DNA of 64,000 bases, taken from positions 430,528,001 to 430,592,000 of the forward strand of contig OZ024740.1 in the NCBI GenBank assembly GCA_964016885.1, written 5' to 3'. The notes under the pieces were generated by a model that ran no database searches, was not told the origin of the DNA, and was given only the letters and a program-made list of their open reading frames with translations. Positions within the stretch are counted from its first letter, which is position 1. Every line of letters begins with the position of its first letter. Shown piece by piece: positions 9,030 to 27,000 of the stretch. The translations under genes and the position numbers were made by a program. This DNA is from Eledone cirrhosa. Its lineage: Eukaryota.

Positions 9030-12000
9030 ATATATATTACAGTAGTTTTATATATATTACAGCCAGTATATAAAATATTACAGCCAGTATATATAATATA
9101 TTACACACAGTATATATAATATATTACAGCCAGTATATAATATATTACAGCCAGTATATATAATATATTACAGCCAGTATATAATATATTACAGCCAGTA
9201 AAGTAATATATTACAGCTAGTATATATAATATATTACAGCCAGTACAGTACATATAATATATTACAGCCAGTATATATAATATATTACAGCCAGTATATA
9301 TAATATATTACATCCAGTATATATAATATATTACATCCAGTATATATAATATATTACAGCCAGTATATATAATATATTACAGCCAGTATATGTAATATAT
9401 TACAGCCAGTATATATAATATATTACAGCCAGTATATATAATATAATACGGCCAGTATATAATATATTACAGCCAGTATATATAATATATTACAGCCAGT
9501 ACATATAACATATTACAGCCAGTATATATAATATATTACAGCCAGTATATATAATATAATACGGCCAGTATATAATCTATTACAGCCAGTACATATAATA
9601 TATTTCAGCCAGTATATATAATATATTACAGCCAGTATATATAATATATTACAGCCAGTATATATAATATATTACAGCCAGTATATGTAATATATTACAG
9701 CCAGTATATAATATATTACAGCCAGTATATATAATAAATTACAGCCAGTATATATAATATATTACAGCCAGTATATATAATATATTACAGCCAGTATATA
9801 ATATATTACAGCCTGTATATATAATATATTACAGCCTGTATATATAATATATTACAGCCAGTATATAATATATTACAGCCAGTATATAATATATTACAGC
9901 CAATATATATAATATATTACAGCCAGTATATATAATATATGACAGCCAGTATATATAATATATTACAGCCAGTATATAATATATTACAGCCAGTATATAT
10001 AATATATTACAGCCAGTATATATAATATATTACAGCCAGTATATATAATATATTACAGACAGTATATAAAATATATTACAGCCAGTCAATATATTACAGC
10101 CAGTACATATAATATATTACAGCCAGTATATAATATATTACAGCCAGTATATAATATATTACAGCCAGTATATATAATATATTACAGCCAGTACATATAA
10201 TATATTACAGCCAGTATATATAATATATTACAGCCAGTATATATAATATATTACAGCCAATATATATAATATATTACAGCCAGTATATATAATAAATTAC
10301 AGCCAGTACATATAATATATTACAGCCAGTATATAATATATTACAGCCAGTATATATAATATATTACAGCCAGTATATATAATATATTACAGCCACTATA
10401 TATAATATATTACAGCCAGTATATAATATATTACAGCCAGTATATATAATATATTACAGCCAGTATATATAATATATTACAGCCACTATATATAATATAT
10501 TACAGACAGTATATAAAATATATTACAGCCAGTCAATATATTACAGCCAGTACATATAATATATTACAGCCAGTATATAATATATTACAGCCAGTATATA
10601 TAATATATTACAGCCAGTATATAATATATTACAGCCAGTATATATAATATATTACAGCCAGTATATAATATATTACAGCCAGTATATAATATATTACAGC
10701 CAGTATATATAATATATTACAGCCAGTATATATAATATATTACAGCCAGTATATAATATATTACAGCCAGTATATATAATATATTACAGCCAGTACATAT
10801 AATATATTACAGCCAGTACATATAATATATTACAGCCAGTATATATAATATATTACAGCCAATATATATAATATATTACAGCCAGTACATAATATATTAC
10901 AGCCAGTATATATAATATATTACAGCCAGTATATAATATATTACAGTCAGTATATATAATATATTACAGCCACTATATATAATATATTACAGCCAGTATA
11001 TATAATATATTACAGCCAGTATATATAATATATTACAGCCAGTATATATAATATATTACAGCCAGTATATAATATATTACAGCCAGTATATATAATATAT
11101 TACAGCCAGTATATATAATATATTACAGCCAATATATATAATATATTACAGCCAGTATATATAATATATTACAGCCAGTATATAATATATTACAGCCACT
11201 ATATATAATATATTACAGCCAGTATATGTAATATATTACAGCCAGTATATATAATATATTACAGCCAGTATATATAATATATTACAGCCAGTATATATAA
11301 TATATTACAGCCAGTATATAATATATTACAGCCAGTATATATAATATATTACAGCCAGTATATATAATATATTACAGCCAGTATATAATATATTACAGCC
11401 AGTATATAATATATTACAGCCAGTATATATAATATATTACAGCCAGTATATAATATATTACAGCCACTATATATAATATATTACAGCCAGTATATATAAT
11501 ATATTACAGCCAGTATATAATATATTACAGCCAGTATATAATATATTATAGCCAGTGTATATAATATATTACAGCCAGTATATATAATATATTACAGCCA
11601 GTATATAATATATTACAGCCACTATATATAATATATTACAGCCAGTATATATAATATATTACAGCCAGTATATATAATATATTACAGCCAGTACATATAA
11701 TATATTACAGCCAGTATATATAATATATTACAGCCAGTATATATAATATATTACAGCCAGTATATATAATATATTACAGCCAGTATATATAATATATTAC
11801 AGCCAATATATATAATATATTACAGCCAGTATATATAATATATTACAGCCAGTATATATAATATATTACAGCCAGTACATATAATATATTACAGCCAGTA
11901 TATAATATATTACAGCCAGTATATAATATATTACAGCCAGTATATATAATATATTACAGCCAGTATATAATATATTACAGTCAGTATATATAATATATTA

Positions 12001-15000
12001 CAGCCAGTATATAATATATTACAGCCAGTATATATAATATATTACAGCCAGTATATAATATATTACAGTCAGTATATATAATATATTACAGCCACTATAT
12101 ATAATATATTACAGCCAGTATATAATATATTACAGCCAGTATATAATATATTACAGACAGTATATATAATATATTACAGCCAGTATATATAATATATTAC
12201 AGACAGTATATATAATATATTACAGACAGTATATAATATATTACAGCCAGTATATAATATATTAAAGCCAGTATATATAATATATTAAAGCCAGTATATA
12301 TAATATATTACAGCCAGTACATATAATATATTACAGCCAGTATATAATATATTACAGCCAGTTTATATAATATATTACAGCCAGTATATAATATATTACA
12401 GCCAGTATATAATATATTACAGCCAGTATATATAATATATTACAGCCAGTATATAATATATTACAGCCAGTATATATCATATATTACAGCCAGTATATAT
12501 AATATATTACAGCCAGTATATAATATATTACAGCCAGTATATATAATATATTACAGCCAGTATATATAATATATTACAGCCAGTATATAATATATTAAAG
12601 CCAGTATATAATATATTAAAGCCAGTATATATAATATATTACAGACAGTACATATAATATATTACAGCCAGTTTATAATATATTACAGCCAGTTTATAAT
12701 ATATTACAGCCAGTATATAATATATTACAGCCAGTATATATAATATATTACAGCCAGTATATATAATATATTACAGCCTGTATATATAATATATTACAGC
12801 CTGTATATATAATATATTACAGCCAGTATATAATATATTACAGCCAGTATATAATATATTACAGCCAATATATATAATATATTACAGCCAGTATATATAA
12901 TATATTAATGCCAGTATATAATATATTACAGCCAGTATATATAATATATTACAGCCAATATATATAATATATTACAGCCAGTATATATAATATATGACAG
13001 CCAGTATATATAATATATTACAGCCAGTATATAATATATTACAGCCAGTATATATAATATATTAGAGCCAGTATATAATATATTACAGCCAGTATATATA
13101 ATATATTACAGACAGTATATAAAATATATTACAGCCAGGCAATATATTACAGCCAGTACATATAATATATTACAGCCAGTTTATATAATATATTACAGCC
13201 AGTATATAATATATTACAGCCAGTATATATAATATATTACAGCCAGTATATAATATATTACAGCCAGTATATATAATATATTACAGCCAGTATATATAAT
13301 ATATTACAGCCAGTATATATAATATATTACAGCCAGTATATAATATATTACGGCCAGTATATATAATATATTACAGCCAGTATATATAATATATTACAGC
13401 CAGTATATAATATATTACAGCCAGTATATATAATATATTACAGCCAGTATATAATATATTACAGCCAGTATATATAATATATTACAGCCAGTACATATAA
13501 TATATTACAGCCAGTATATATAATATATTACAGCCAATATATATAATATATTACAGCCAATATATATAATATATTACAGCCAGTATATATAATATATTAC
13601 AGCCAGTACATATAATATATTACAGCCAGTATATAATATATTACAGCCAGTATATATAATATATTACAGCCAGTATATAATATATTACAGTCAGTATATA
13701 TAATATATTACAGCCACTATATAATATATTACAGCCAGTATATATAATATATTACAGCCAGTATATATAATATATTACAGCCGGTATATATAATATATTA
13801 CAGCCACTATATATAATATATTACAGCCAGTACATATAATATATTACAGCCAGTATATAATATATTACAGCCAGTATATATAATATATTACAGCCAGTAT
13901 ATATAATATATTACAGCCAGTATATATAATATATTACAGCCAGTATATATAATATATTACAGCCAGTATATATAATATATTACAGCCAGTAATATAATAT
14001 ATTACAGCCAGTATATAATATATTACAGCCAGTATATATAATATATTACAGCCAGTATATAATATATTACAGTCAGTATATATAATATATTACAGCCACT
14101 ATATATAATATATTACAGCCAGTATATATAATATATTACAGCCAGTATATATAATATATTACAGCCAGTATATAATATATTACAGCCAGTATATATAATA
14201 TATTACAGCCAGTATATATAATATATTACAGCCAGTATATATAATATATTACAGCCAGTATATATAATATATTACAGCCAGTACATATAATATATTACAG
14301 CCAGTACATAATATATTACAGCCACTATATATAATATATTACAGCCAGTATATAATATATTACAGCCAGTATATATAATATATTACAGCCAGTATATATA
14401 ATATATTACAGCCAGTATATATAATATATTACAGCCAGTATATAATATATTACAGCCAGTATATATAATATATTACAGCCAGTATATATAATATATTACA
14501 GCCAGTATATAATATATTACAGCCAGTATATAATATATTACAGCCAGTATATATAATATATTACATCCAGTATATAATATATTACAGCCACTATATATAA
14601 TATATTACAGCCAGTATATATAATATATTACAGCCAGTATATAATATATTACAGCCAGTATATAATATATTACAGCCAGTGTATATAATATATTACAGCC
14701 AGTATATATAATATATTACAGCCAGTATATAATATATTACAGCCACTATATATAATATATTACAGCCAGTATATATAATATATTACAGCCAGTATATATA
14801 ATATATTACAGCCAGTACATATAATATATTACAGCCAGTATATATAATATATTACAGCCAGTATATATAATATATTACAGCCAGTATATATAATATATTA
14901 CAGCCAATATATATAATATATTACAGCCAGTATATATAATATATTACAGCCAGTACATATAATATATTACAGCCAGTATATAATATATTACAGCCAGTAT

Positions 15001-18000
15001 ATATAATATATTACAGCCAGTATATAATATATTACAGCCAGTATATATAATATATTACAGCCAGTACATATAATATATTACAGCCAGTACATATAATATA
15101 TTACAGCCAGTATATATAATATATTACAGCCAGTATATATAATATATTACAGCCAGTATATAATATATTACAGTCAGTATATATAATATATTACAGCCAG
15201 TATATATAATATATTACAGCCAGTATATAATATATTACAGCCAGTATATAATATATTACAGCCAGTATATATAATATATTACAGCCAGTATATAATATAT
15301 TACAGCCACTATATATAATATATTACAGCCAGTATATATAATATATTACAGCCAGTATATAATATATTACAGCCAGTATATAATATATTACAGCCAGTGT
15401 ATATAATATATTACAGCCAGTATATATAATATATTACAGCCACTATATATAATATATTACAGCCAGTATATATAATATATTACAGCCAGTATATATAATA
15501 TATTACAGCCAGTACATATAATATATTACAGCCAGTATATATAATATATTACAGCCAGTATATATAATATATTACAGCCAGTATATATAATATATTACAG
15601 CCAATATATATAATATATTACAGCCAGTACATATAATATATTACAGCCAGTATATAATATATTACAGCCAGTATATATAATATATTACAGCCAGTATATA
15701 ATATATTACAGTCAGTATATATAATATATTACAGCCACTATATATAATATATTACAGCCAGTATATATAATATATTACAGCCAGTATATATAATATATTA
15801 CAGCCAGTATATAATATATTACAGCCAGTATATATAATATATTACAGCCAGTATATATAATATATTACAGCCAGTATATATAATATATTACAGCCAGTAC
15901 ATATAATATATTACAGCCAGTATATATAATATATTACAGCCAGTATATAATATATTACAGCCACTATATATAATATATTACAGCCAGTATATATAATATA
16001 TTACAGCCAGTATATATAATATATTACAGCCAGTACATATAATATATTACAGCCAGTATATATAATATATTACAGCCAGTATATATAATATATTACAGCC
16101 AGTATATATAATATATTACAGCCAATATATATAATATATTACAGCCAGTATATATAATATATTACAGCCAGTATATATAATATATTACAGCCAGTACATA
16201 TAATATATTACAGCCAGTATATAATATATTACAGCCAGTATATAATATATTACAGCCAGTATATATAATATATTACAGCCAGTATATAATATATTACAGT
16301 CAGTATATATAATATATTACAGCCACTATATATAATATATTACAGCCAGTATATAATATATTACAGCCAGTATATATAATATATTAAAGCCAGTATATAT
16401 AATATATTACAGACAGTATATAATATATTACAGCCAGTATATAATATATTAAAGCCAGTATATATAATATATTAAAGCCAGTATATATAATATATTACAG
16501 ACAGTACATATAATATATTACAGCCAGTTTATAATATATTACAGCCAGTTTATAATATATTAAAGCCAGTATATAATATATTAAAGCCAGTATATAATAT
16601 ATTAAAGCCAGTATATATAATATATTACAGCCAGTTTATAATATATTACAGCCAGTATATAATATATTACAGCCAGTATATATAATATATTACAGCCAGT
16701 ATATAATATATTACAGCCAGTATATATAATATATTACAGCCAGTATATATAATATATTACAGCCAGTATATATAATATATTACAGCCAGTATATAATATA
16801 TTACAGCCAGTATATAATATATTACAGCCAGTATATATAATATATTACAGCCAGTATATATAATATATTACAGCCAGTATATAATATATTACAGCCAGTA
16901 TATATAATATATTACAGCCAGTATATATAATATATTACAGCCAGTATATAATATATTACAGCCAGTATATATAATATATTACAGCCAGTATATATAATAT
17001 ATTACAGCCAGTATATATAATATATTACAGCCAGTATATAATATATTACAGCCAGTATATAATATATTACAGCCAGTATATATAATATATTACAGCCAGT
17101 ATATATAATATATTACAGCCAGTATATAATATATTACAGCCAGTATATATAATATATTACAGCCAGTATATAATATATTACAGCCAGTATATATAATATA
17201 TCACAGCCAGTATATATAATATATTACAGACAGTATATAATATATTACAGCCAGTATATAATATATTAAAGCCAGTATATATAATATATTAAAGCCAGTA
17301 TATATAATATATTACAGACAGTACATATAATATATTACAGCCAGTTTATAATATATTACAGCCAGTTTATAATATATTAAAGCCAGTATATAATATATTA
17401 AAGCCAGTATATAATATATTAAAGCCAGTATATATAATATATTACAGCCAGTTTATAATATATTACAGCCAGTATATAATATATTACAGCCAGTATATAT
17501 AATATATTACAGCCAGTATATAATATATTACAGCCAGTATATATAATATATTACAGCCAGTATATATAATATATTACAGCCAGTATATATAATATATTAC
17601 AGCCAGTATATAATATATTACAGCCAGTTTATATAATATATTACAGCCAGTATATATAATATATTACAGCCAGTATATAATATATTACAGCCAGTATATA
17701 TAATATATTACAGCCAGTACATATAATATATTACAGCCAGTACATATAATATATTACAGCCAGTATATATAATATATTACAGCCAGTATATATAATATAT
17801 TACAGCCAATATATATAATATATTACAGCGAGTACATATAATATATTACAGCCAGTATATAATATATTACAGCCAGTATATATAATATATTACAGCCAGT
17901 ATATAATATATTAGTCAGTATATATAATATATTACAGCCACTATATATAATATATTACAGCCACTATATATAATATATTACAGCCAGTATATATAATATA

Positions 18001-21000
18001 TTACAGCCAGTATATATAATATATTACAGCCAGTATATAATATATTACAGCCAGTACATATAATATATTACAGCCAGTATATAATATATTACAGCCAGTA
18101 TATAATATATTACAGCCAGTATATAATATATTACAGCCACTATATATAATATATTACAGCCAGTATATAATATATTACAGCCAGTATATATAATATATTA
18201 CAGCCAGTATATATAATATATTACAGCCAGTATATATAATATATTACAGCCAGTATATATAATATATTACAGCCAGTATATATAATATATTACAGCCAGT
18301 ATATATAATATATTACAGCCAGTATATATAATATATTACAGCCAGTATATATAATATATTACAGCCAATATATATAATATATTACAGCCAGTATATATAA
18401 TATATTACAGCCAGTACATATAATATATTACAGCCAGTATATAATATATTACAGTCAGTATATATAATATATTACAGCCACTATATATAATATATTACAG
18501 CCACTATATATAATATATTACAGCCAGTATATAATATATTACAGCCAGTATATATAATATATTACAGCCACTATATATAATATATTACAGCCAGTATATA
18601 ATATATTACAGCCAGTATATATAATATATTACAGCCAGTATATATAATATTTTACAGCCAGTATATAATATATTACAGCCAGTATATAATATATTACAGC
18701 CAGTACATATAATATATTACAGCCACTATATATAATATATTACAGCCAGTATATAATATATTACAGCCAGTATATATAATATATTACAGCAAATATATAT
18801 AATATATTACAGCCAGTATATATAATATATTACAGCCAGTACATATAATATATTACAGCCAGTATATAATATATTACAGCCAGTATATAATATATTACAG
18901 CCACTATATATAATATATTACAGCCAGTATATAATATATTACAGCCAGTATATATAATATATTACAGCCAGTATATATAATATATTACAGCCAGTATATA
19001 TAATATATTACAGCCAGTATATAATATATTACAGCCAGTATATATAATATATTACAGCCAGTATATATAATATATTACAGCCAGTATATATAATATATTA
19101 CAGCCAGTATATAATATATTACAGCCAGTATATATAATATATTACAGCCAGTATATAATATATTACAGCCACTATATATAATATATTACAGCCAGTATAT
19201 ATAATATATTACAGCCAGTATATATAATATATTACAGCCAGTATATAATATATTACAGCCAGTATATAATATATTACAGCCAGTATATAATATATTACAG
19301 CCAGTGTATATAATATATTACAGCCAGTATATATAATATATTACAGCCAGTATATATAATATATTACAGCCAATATATATAATATATTACAGCCAGTATA
19401 TATAATATATTACAGCCAGTACATATAATATATTACAGCCAGTATATAATATATTACAGCCAGTATATAATATATTACAGCCAGTATATATAATATATTA
19501 CAGCCAGTATATAATATATTACAGTCAGTATATATAATATATTACAGCCACTATATAATATATTACAGCCAGTATATAGAATATATTACAGCCAGTATAT
19601 ATAATATATTACAGCCAGTATATATAATATATTACAGCCAGTATATAATATATTACAGTCAGTATATATAATATATTACAGACAGTATATATAATATATT
19701 ACAGACAGTATATATAATATATTACAGACAGTATATAATATATTACAGCCAGTATATAATATATTAAAGCCACTATATATATTATATTAAAGCCAGTATA
19801 TATAATATATTAAAGCCAGTACATATAATATATTACAGCCAGTTTATAATATATTACAGCCAGTTTATAATATATTACAGCCAGTTTATAATATATTACA
19901 GCCAGTATATAATATATTACAGCCAGTATATATAATATATTACAGCCAGTATATAATATATTAAAGCCAGTATATAATATATTAAAGCCAGTATATATAA
20001 TATATTACAGACAGTACATATAATATATTACAGCCAGTTTATAATATATTACAGCCAGTTTATAATATATTACAGCCAGTATATAATATATTAAAGCCAG
20101 TATATATAATATATTACAGACAGTACATATAATATATTACAGCCAGTTTATAATATATTACAGCCACTATATATAATATATTACAGCCAGTATATAATAT
20201 ATTACAGCCAGTATATATAATATATTACAGCCAGTATATATAATATATTACAGCCAGTATATATAATATATTACAGCCAGTATATAATATATTAAAGCCA
20301 CTATATATATTATATTAAAGCCAGTATATATAATATATTAAAGCCAGTACATATAATATATTACAGCCAGTTTATAATATATTACAGCCAGTTTATAATA
20401 TATTACAGCCAGTTTATAATATATTACAGCCAGTATATATAACATATTACAGCCAGTATATATAATATATTACAGCCAGTATATAATATATTACAGCCAG
20501 TATATATAATATATTACAGCCAGTATATATAATATATTACAGCCAGTATATAATATATTAAAGCCAGTATATAATATATTAAAGCCAGTATATATAATAT
20601 ATTACAGACAGTACATATAATATATTACAGCCAGTTTATAATATATTACAGTCAGTTTATAATATATTACAGCCAGTATATATAATATATTACAGCCAGT
20701 ATATAATATATTACAGCCAGTATATATAATATATTACAGCCAGTATATAATATATTACAGCCAGTATATATAATATATTACAGCCAGTATATATAATATA
20801 TTACAGCCAGTATATAATATATTACAGCCAGTATATAATATATTACAGCCAGTTTATATAATATATTACAGCCAGTATATAATATATTACAGCCAGTATA
20901 TATAATATATTACAGCCAGTATATATAATATATTACAGCCAGTATATAATATATTACAGCCAGTATATAATATATTACAGCCAGTTTATAATATATTACA

Positions 21001-24000
21001 GCCAGTATATATATATATTACAGCCAGTATATATAATATATTACAGCCAGTATATAAAATATATTACAGCCAGTATATATAATATATTACAGCCAGTATA
21101 TATAATATATTACAGCCAGTGCATATAATATATTACAGCCAGTATATAATACATTACAGCCAGTACATATAATATATTACAGCCAGTATATATAATATAT
21201 TACAGCCAGTACATATAATATATTACAGCCAGTACATATAATATATTACAGCCAGTATATATAATATATTACAGCCAGTATATATAATATATTACAGCCA
21301 GTATATATAATATATTACAGCCAGTATATAATATATTACAGCCAGTATATAATATATTACAGCCAGTGTATATAATATATTACAGCCAGTATATATAATA
21401 TATTACAGCCAGTATATATAATATATTACAGCCAATATATATAATATATTACAGCCAGTATATATAATATATTACAGCCAGTACATATAATATATTACAG
21501 CCAGTATATAATATATTACAGCCAGTATATAATATATTACAGCCAGTATATATAATATATTACAGCCAGTATATAATATATTACAGTCAGTATATATAAT
21601 ATATTACAGCCACTATATAATATATTACAGCCAGTATATATAATATATTACAGCCAGTATATATAATATATTACAGCCAGTATATATAATATATTACAGC
21701 CAGTATATAATATATTACAGTCAGTATATATAATATATTACAGCCAGTATATATAATATATTACAGCCAGTATATAATATATTACAGCCAGTATATAATA
21801 TATTACAGACAGTATATATAATATATTACAGACAGTATATATAATATATTACAGACAGTATATAATATATTACACACCAGTATATAATATATTAAAGCCA
21901 GTATATATAATATATTAAAGCCAGTATATATAATATATTAAAGCCAGTATATATAATATATTACAGACAGTACATATAATATATTACAGCCAGTTTATAA
22001 TATATTACAGCCAGTTTATAATATATTACAGCCAGTATATATAATATATTACAGCCAGTATATATAATATATTACAGCCAGTATATAATATATTAAAGCC
22101 AGTATATAATATATTAAAGCCAGTATATATAATATATTACAGACAGTACATATAATATATTACAGCCAGTTTATAATATATTACAGCCAGTTTATAATAT
22201 ATTACAGCCAGTATATAATATATTACAGCCAGTATATATAATATATTACAGCCAGTATATAATATATTACAGCCAGTATATATAATATATTACAGCCAGT
22301 ATATATAATATATTACAGCCAGTATATAATATATTACAGCCAGTTTATATAATATATTACAGCCAGTATATATAATATATTACAGCCAGTACATATAATA
22401 TATTACAGCCAGTACATATAATATATTACAGCCAGTATATATAATATATTACAGCCAGTACATATAATATATTACAGCCAGTATATATAATATATTACAG
22501 CCAGTATATATAATATATTACAGCCAGTATATATAATATATTACAGCCAGTATATATAATATATTACAGCCAGTATATATAATATATTGCAGCCAGTATA
22601 TAATATATTACAGTCAGTATATATAATATATTACAGCCACTATATATAATATATTACAGCCAGTATATAATATATTACAGCCAGTATATATAATATATTA
22701 CAGCCAGTATATATAATATATTACAGCCACTATATATAATATATTACAGCCAGTATATATAATATATTACAGCCAGTATATAATATATTACAGCCAGTAT
22801 ATAATATATTACAGCCACTATATAATATATTACAGCCAGTATATATAATATATTACAGCCAGTATATATAATATATTACAGCCAATATATATAATATATT
22901 ACAGCCAGTATATATAATATATTACAGCCAGTACATATAATATATTACAGCCAGTATATAATATATTACAGCCAGTATATAATATATTACAGCCAGTATA
23001 TATAATATATTACAGCCAGTATATAATATATTACAGTCAGTATATATAATATATTACAGCCACTATATAATATATTACAGCCAGTATATAGAATATATTA
23101 CAGCCAGTATATATAATATATTACAGCCAGTATATATAATATATTACAGCCAGTATATAATATATTACAGTCAGTATATATAATATATTACAGACAGTAT
23201 ATATAATATATTACAGACAGTATATATAATATATTACAGACAGTATATAATATATTACAGCCAGTATATAATATATTAAAGCCACTATATATATTATATT
23301 AAAGCCAGTATATATAATATATTAAAGCCAGTACATATAATATATTACAGCCAGTTTATAATATATTACAGCCAGTTTATAATATATTACAGCCAGTTTA
23401 TAATATATTACAGCCAGTATATATAACATATTACAGCCAGTATATATAATATATTACAGCCAGTAAATAATATATTACAGCCAGTATATATAATATATTA
23501 CAGCCAGTATATATAATATATTACAGCCAGTATATAATATATTAAAGCCAGTATATAATATATTAAAGCCAGTATATATAATATATTACAGACAGTACAT
23601 ATAATATATTACAGCCAGTTTATAATATATTACAGCCAGTTTATAATATATTACAGCCAGTATATAATATATTACAGCCAGTATATATAATATATTACAG
23701 CCAGTATATAATATATTAAAGCCAGTATATAATATATTAAAGCCAGTATATATAATATATTACAGACAGTACATATAATATATTACAGCCAGTTTATAAT
23801 ATATTACAGCCAGTTTATAATATATTACAGCCAGTATATAATATATTAAAGCCAGTATATATAATATATTACAGACAGTACATATAATATATTACAGCCA
23901 GTTTATAATATATTACAGCCACTATATATAATATATTACAGCCAGTATATAATATATTACAGCCAGTATATATAATATATTACAGCCAGTATATATAATA

Positions 24001-27000
24001 TATTACAGCCAGTATATATAATATATTACAGCCAGTATATAATATATTAAAGCCACTATATATATTATATTAAAGCCAGTATATATAATATATTAAAGCC
24101 AGTACATATAATATATTACAGCCAGTTTATAATATATTACAGCCAGTTTATAATATATTACAGCCAGTTTATAATATATTACAGCCAGTATATATAACAT
24201 ATTACAGCCAGTATATATAATATATTACAGCCAGTATATAATATATTACAGCCAGTATATATAATATATTACAGCCAGTATATATAATATATTACAGCCA
24301 GTATATAATATATTAAAGCCAGTATATAATATATTAAAGCCAGTATATATAATATATTACAGACAGTACATATAATATATTACAGCCAGTTTATAATATA
24401 TTACAGTCAGTTTATAATATATTACAGCCAGTATATATAATATATTACAGCCAGTATATAATATATTACAGCCAGTATATAATATATTACAGCCAGTATA
24501 TATAATATATTACAGCCAGTATATAATATATTACAGCCAGTATATATAATATATTACAGCCAGTATATATAATATATTACAGCCAGTATATAATATATTA
24601 CAGCCAGTATATAATATATTACAGCCAGTTTATATAATATATTACAGCCAGTATATAATATATTACAGCCAGTATATATAATATATTACAGCCAGTATAT
24701 ATAATATATTACAGCCAGTATATAATATATTACAGCCAGTATATAATATATTACAGCCAGTTTATAATATATTACAGCCAGTATATATATATATTACAGC
24801 CAGTATATATAATATATTACAGCCAGTATATAAAATATATTACAGCCAGTATATATAATATATTACAGCCAGTATATATAATATATTACAGCCAGTGCAT
24901 ATAATATATTACAGCCAGTATATAATACATTACAGCCAGTACATATAATATATTACAGCCAGTATATATAATATATTACAGCCAGTACATATAATATATT
25001 ACAGCCAGTACATATAATATATTACAGCCAGTATATATAATATATTACAGCCAGTATATATAATATATTACAGCCAGTATATATAATATATTACAGCCAG
25101 TATATAATATATTACAGCCAGTATATAATATATTACAGCCAGTGTATATAATATATTACAGCCAGTATATATAATATATTACAGCCAATATATATAATAT
25201 ATTACAGCCAGTATATATAATATATTACAGCCAGTACATATAATATATTACAGCCAGTATATAATATATTACAGCCAGTATATAATATATTACAGCCAGT
25301 ATATATAATATATTACAGCCAGTATATAATATATTACAGTCAGTATATATAATATATTACAGCCACTATATAATATATTACAGCCAGTATATATAATATA
25401 TTACAGCCAGTATATATAATATATTACAGCCAGTATATATAATATATTACAGCCAGTATATAATATATTACAGTCAGTATATATAATATATTACAGCCAG
25501 TATATATAATATATTACAGCCAGTATATAATATATTACAGCCAGTATATAATATATTACAGACAGTATATATAATATATTACAGACAGTATATATAATAT
25601 ATTACAGACAGTATATAATATATTACACACCAGTATATAATATATTAAAGCCAGTATATATAATATATTAAAGCCAGTATATATAATATATTAAAGCCAG
25701 TATATATAATATATTACAGACAGTACATATAATATATTACAGCCAGTTTATAATATATTACAGCCAGTTTATAATATATTACAGCCAGTATATATAATAT
25801 ATTACAGCCAGTATATATAATATATTACAGCCAGTATATAATATATTAAAGCCAGTATATAATATATTAAAGCCAGTATATATAATATATTACAGCCAGT
25901 ACATAATATATTACAGACAGTACATATAATATATTACAGCCAGTTTATAATATATTACAGCCAGTTTATAATATATTACAGCCAGTATATAATATATTAC
26001 AGCCAGTATATATAATATATTACAGCCAGTATATAATATATTACAGCCAGTATATATAATATATTACAGCCAGTATATATAATATATTACAGCCAGTATA
26101 TAATATATTACAGCCAGTTTATATAATATATTACAGCCAGTATATATAATATATTACAGCCAGTACATATAATATATTACAGCCAGTACATATAATATAT
26201 TACAGCCAGTATATATAATATATTACAGCCAGTACATATAATATATTACAGCCAGTACATATAATATATTACAGCCAGTATATATAATATATTACAGCCA
26301 ATATATATAATATATTACAGCCAGTATATATAATATATTACAGCCAGTACATATAATATATTACAGCCAGTATATATAATATATTACAGCCAGTATATAT
26401 AATATATTACAGCCAGTATATATAATATATTGCAGCCAGTATATAATATATTACAGTCAGTATATATAATATATTACAGCCACTATATATAATATATTAC
26501 AGCCAGTATATAATATATTACAGCCAGTATATATAATATATTACAGCCAGTATATATAATATATTACAGCCACTATATATAATATATTACAGCCAGTATA
26601 TATAATATATTACAGCCAGTATATAATATATTACAGCCAGTATATAATATATTACAGCCACTATATAATATATTACAGCCAGTATATATAATATATTACA
26701 GCCAGTATATAATATATTACAGCCAGTATATATAATATATTACAGCCAGTATATATAATATATTACAGCCAATACATATAATACATTACAGCCAGTATAT
26801 AATATATTACAGCCAGTATATAATATATTACAGCCAGTATATATAATATATTACAGCCAGTATATAATATATTACAGCCAGTATATATAATATATTACAG
26901 CCAGTATATAATATATTACAGCCACTATATATAATATATTACAGCCAGTATATATAATATATTACAGCCAGTATATATAATATATTACAGCCAGTATATA

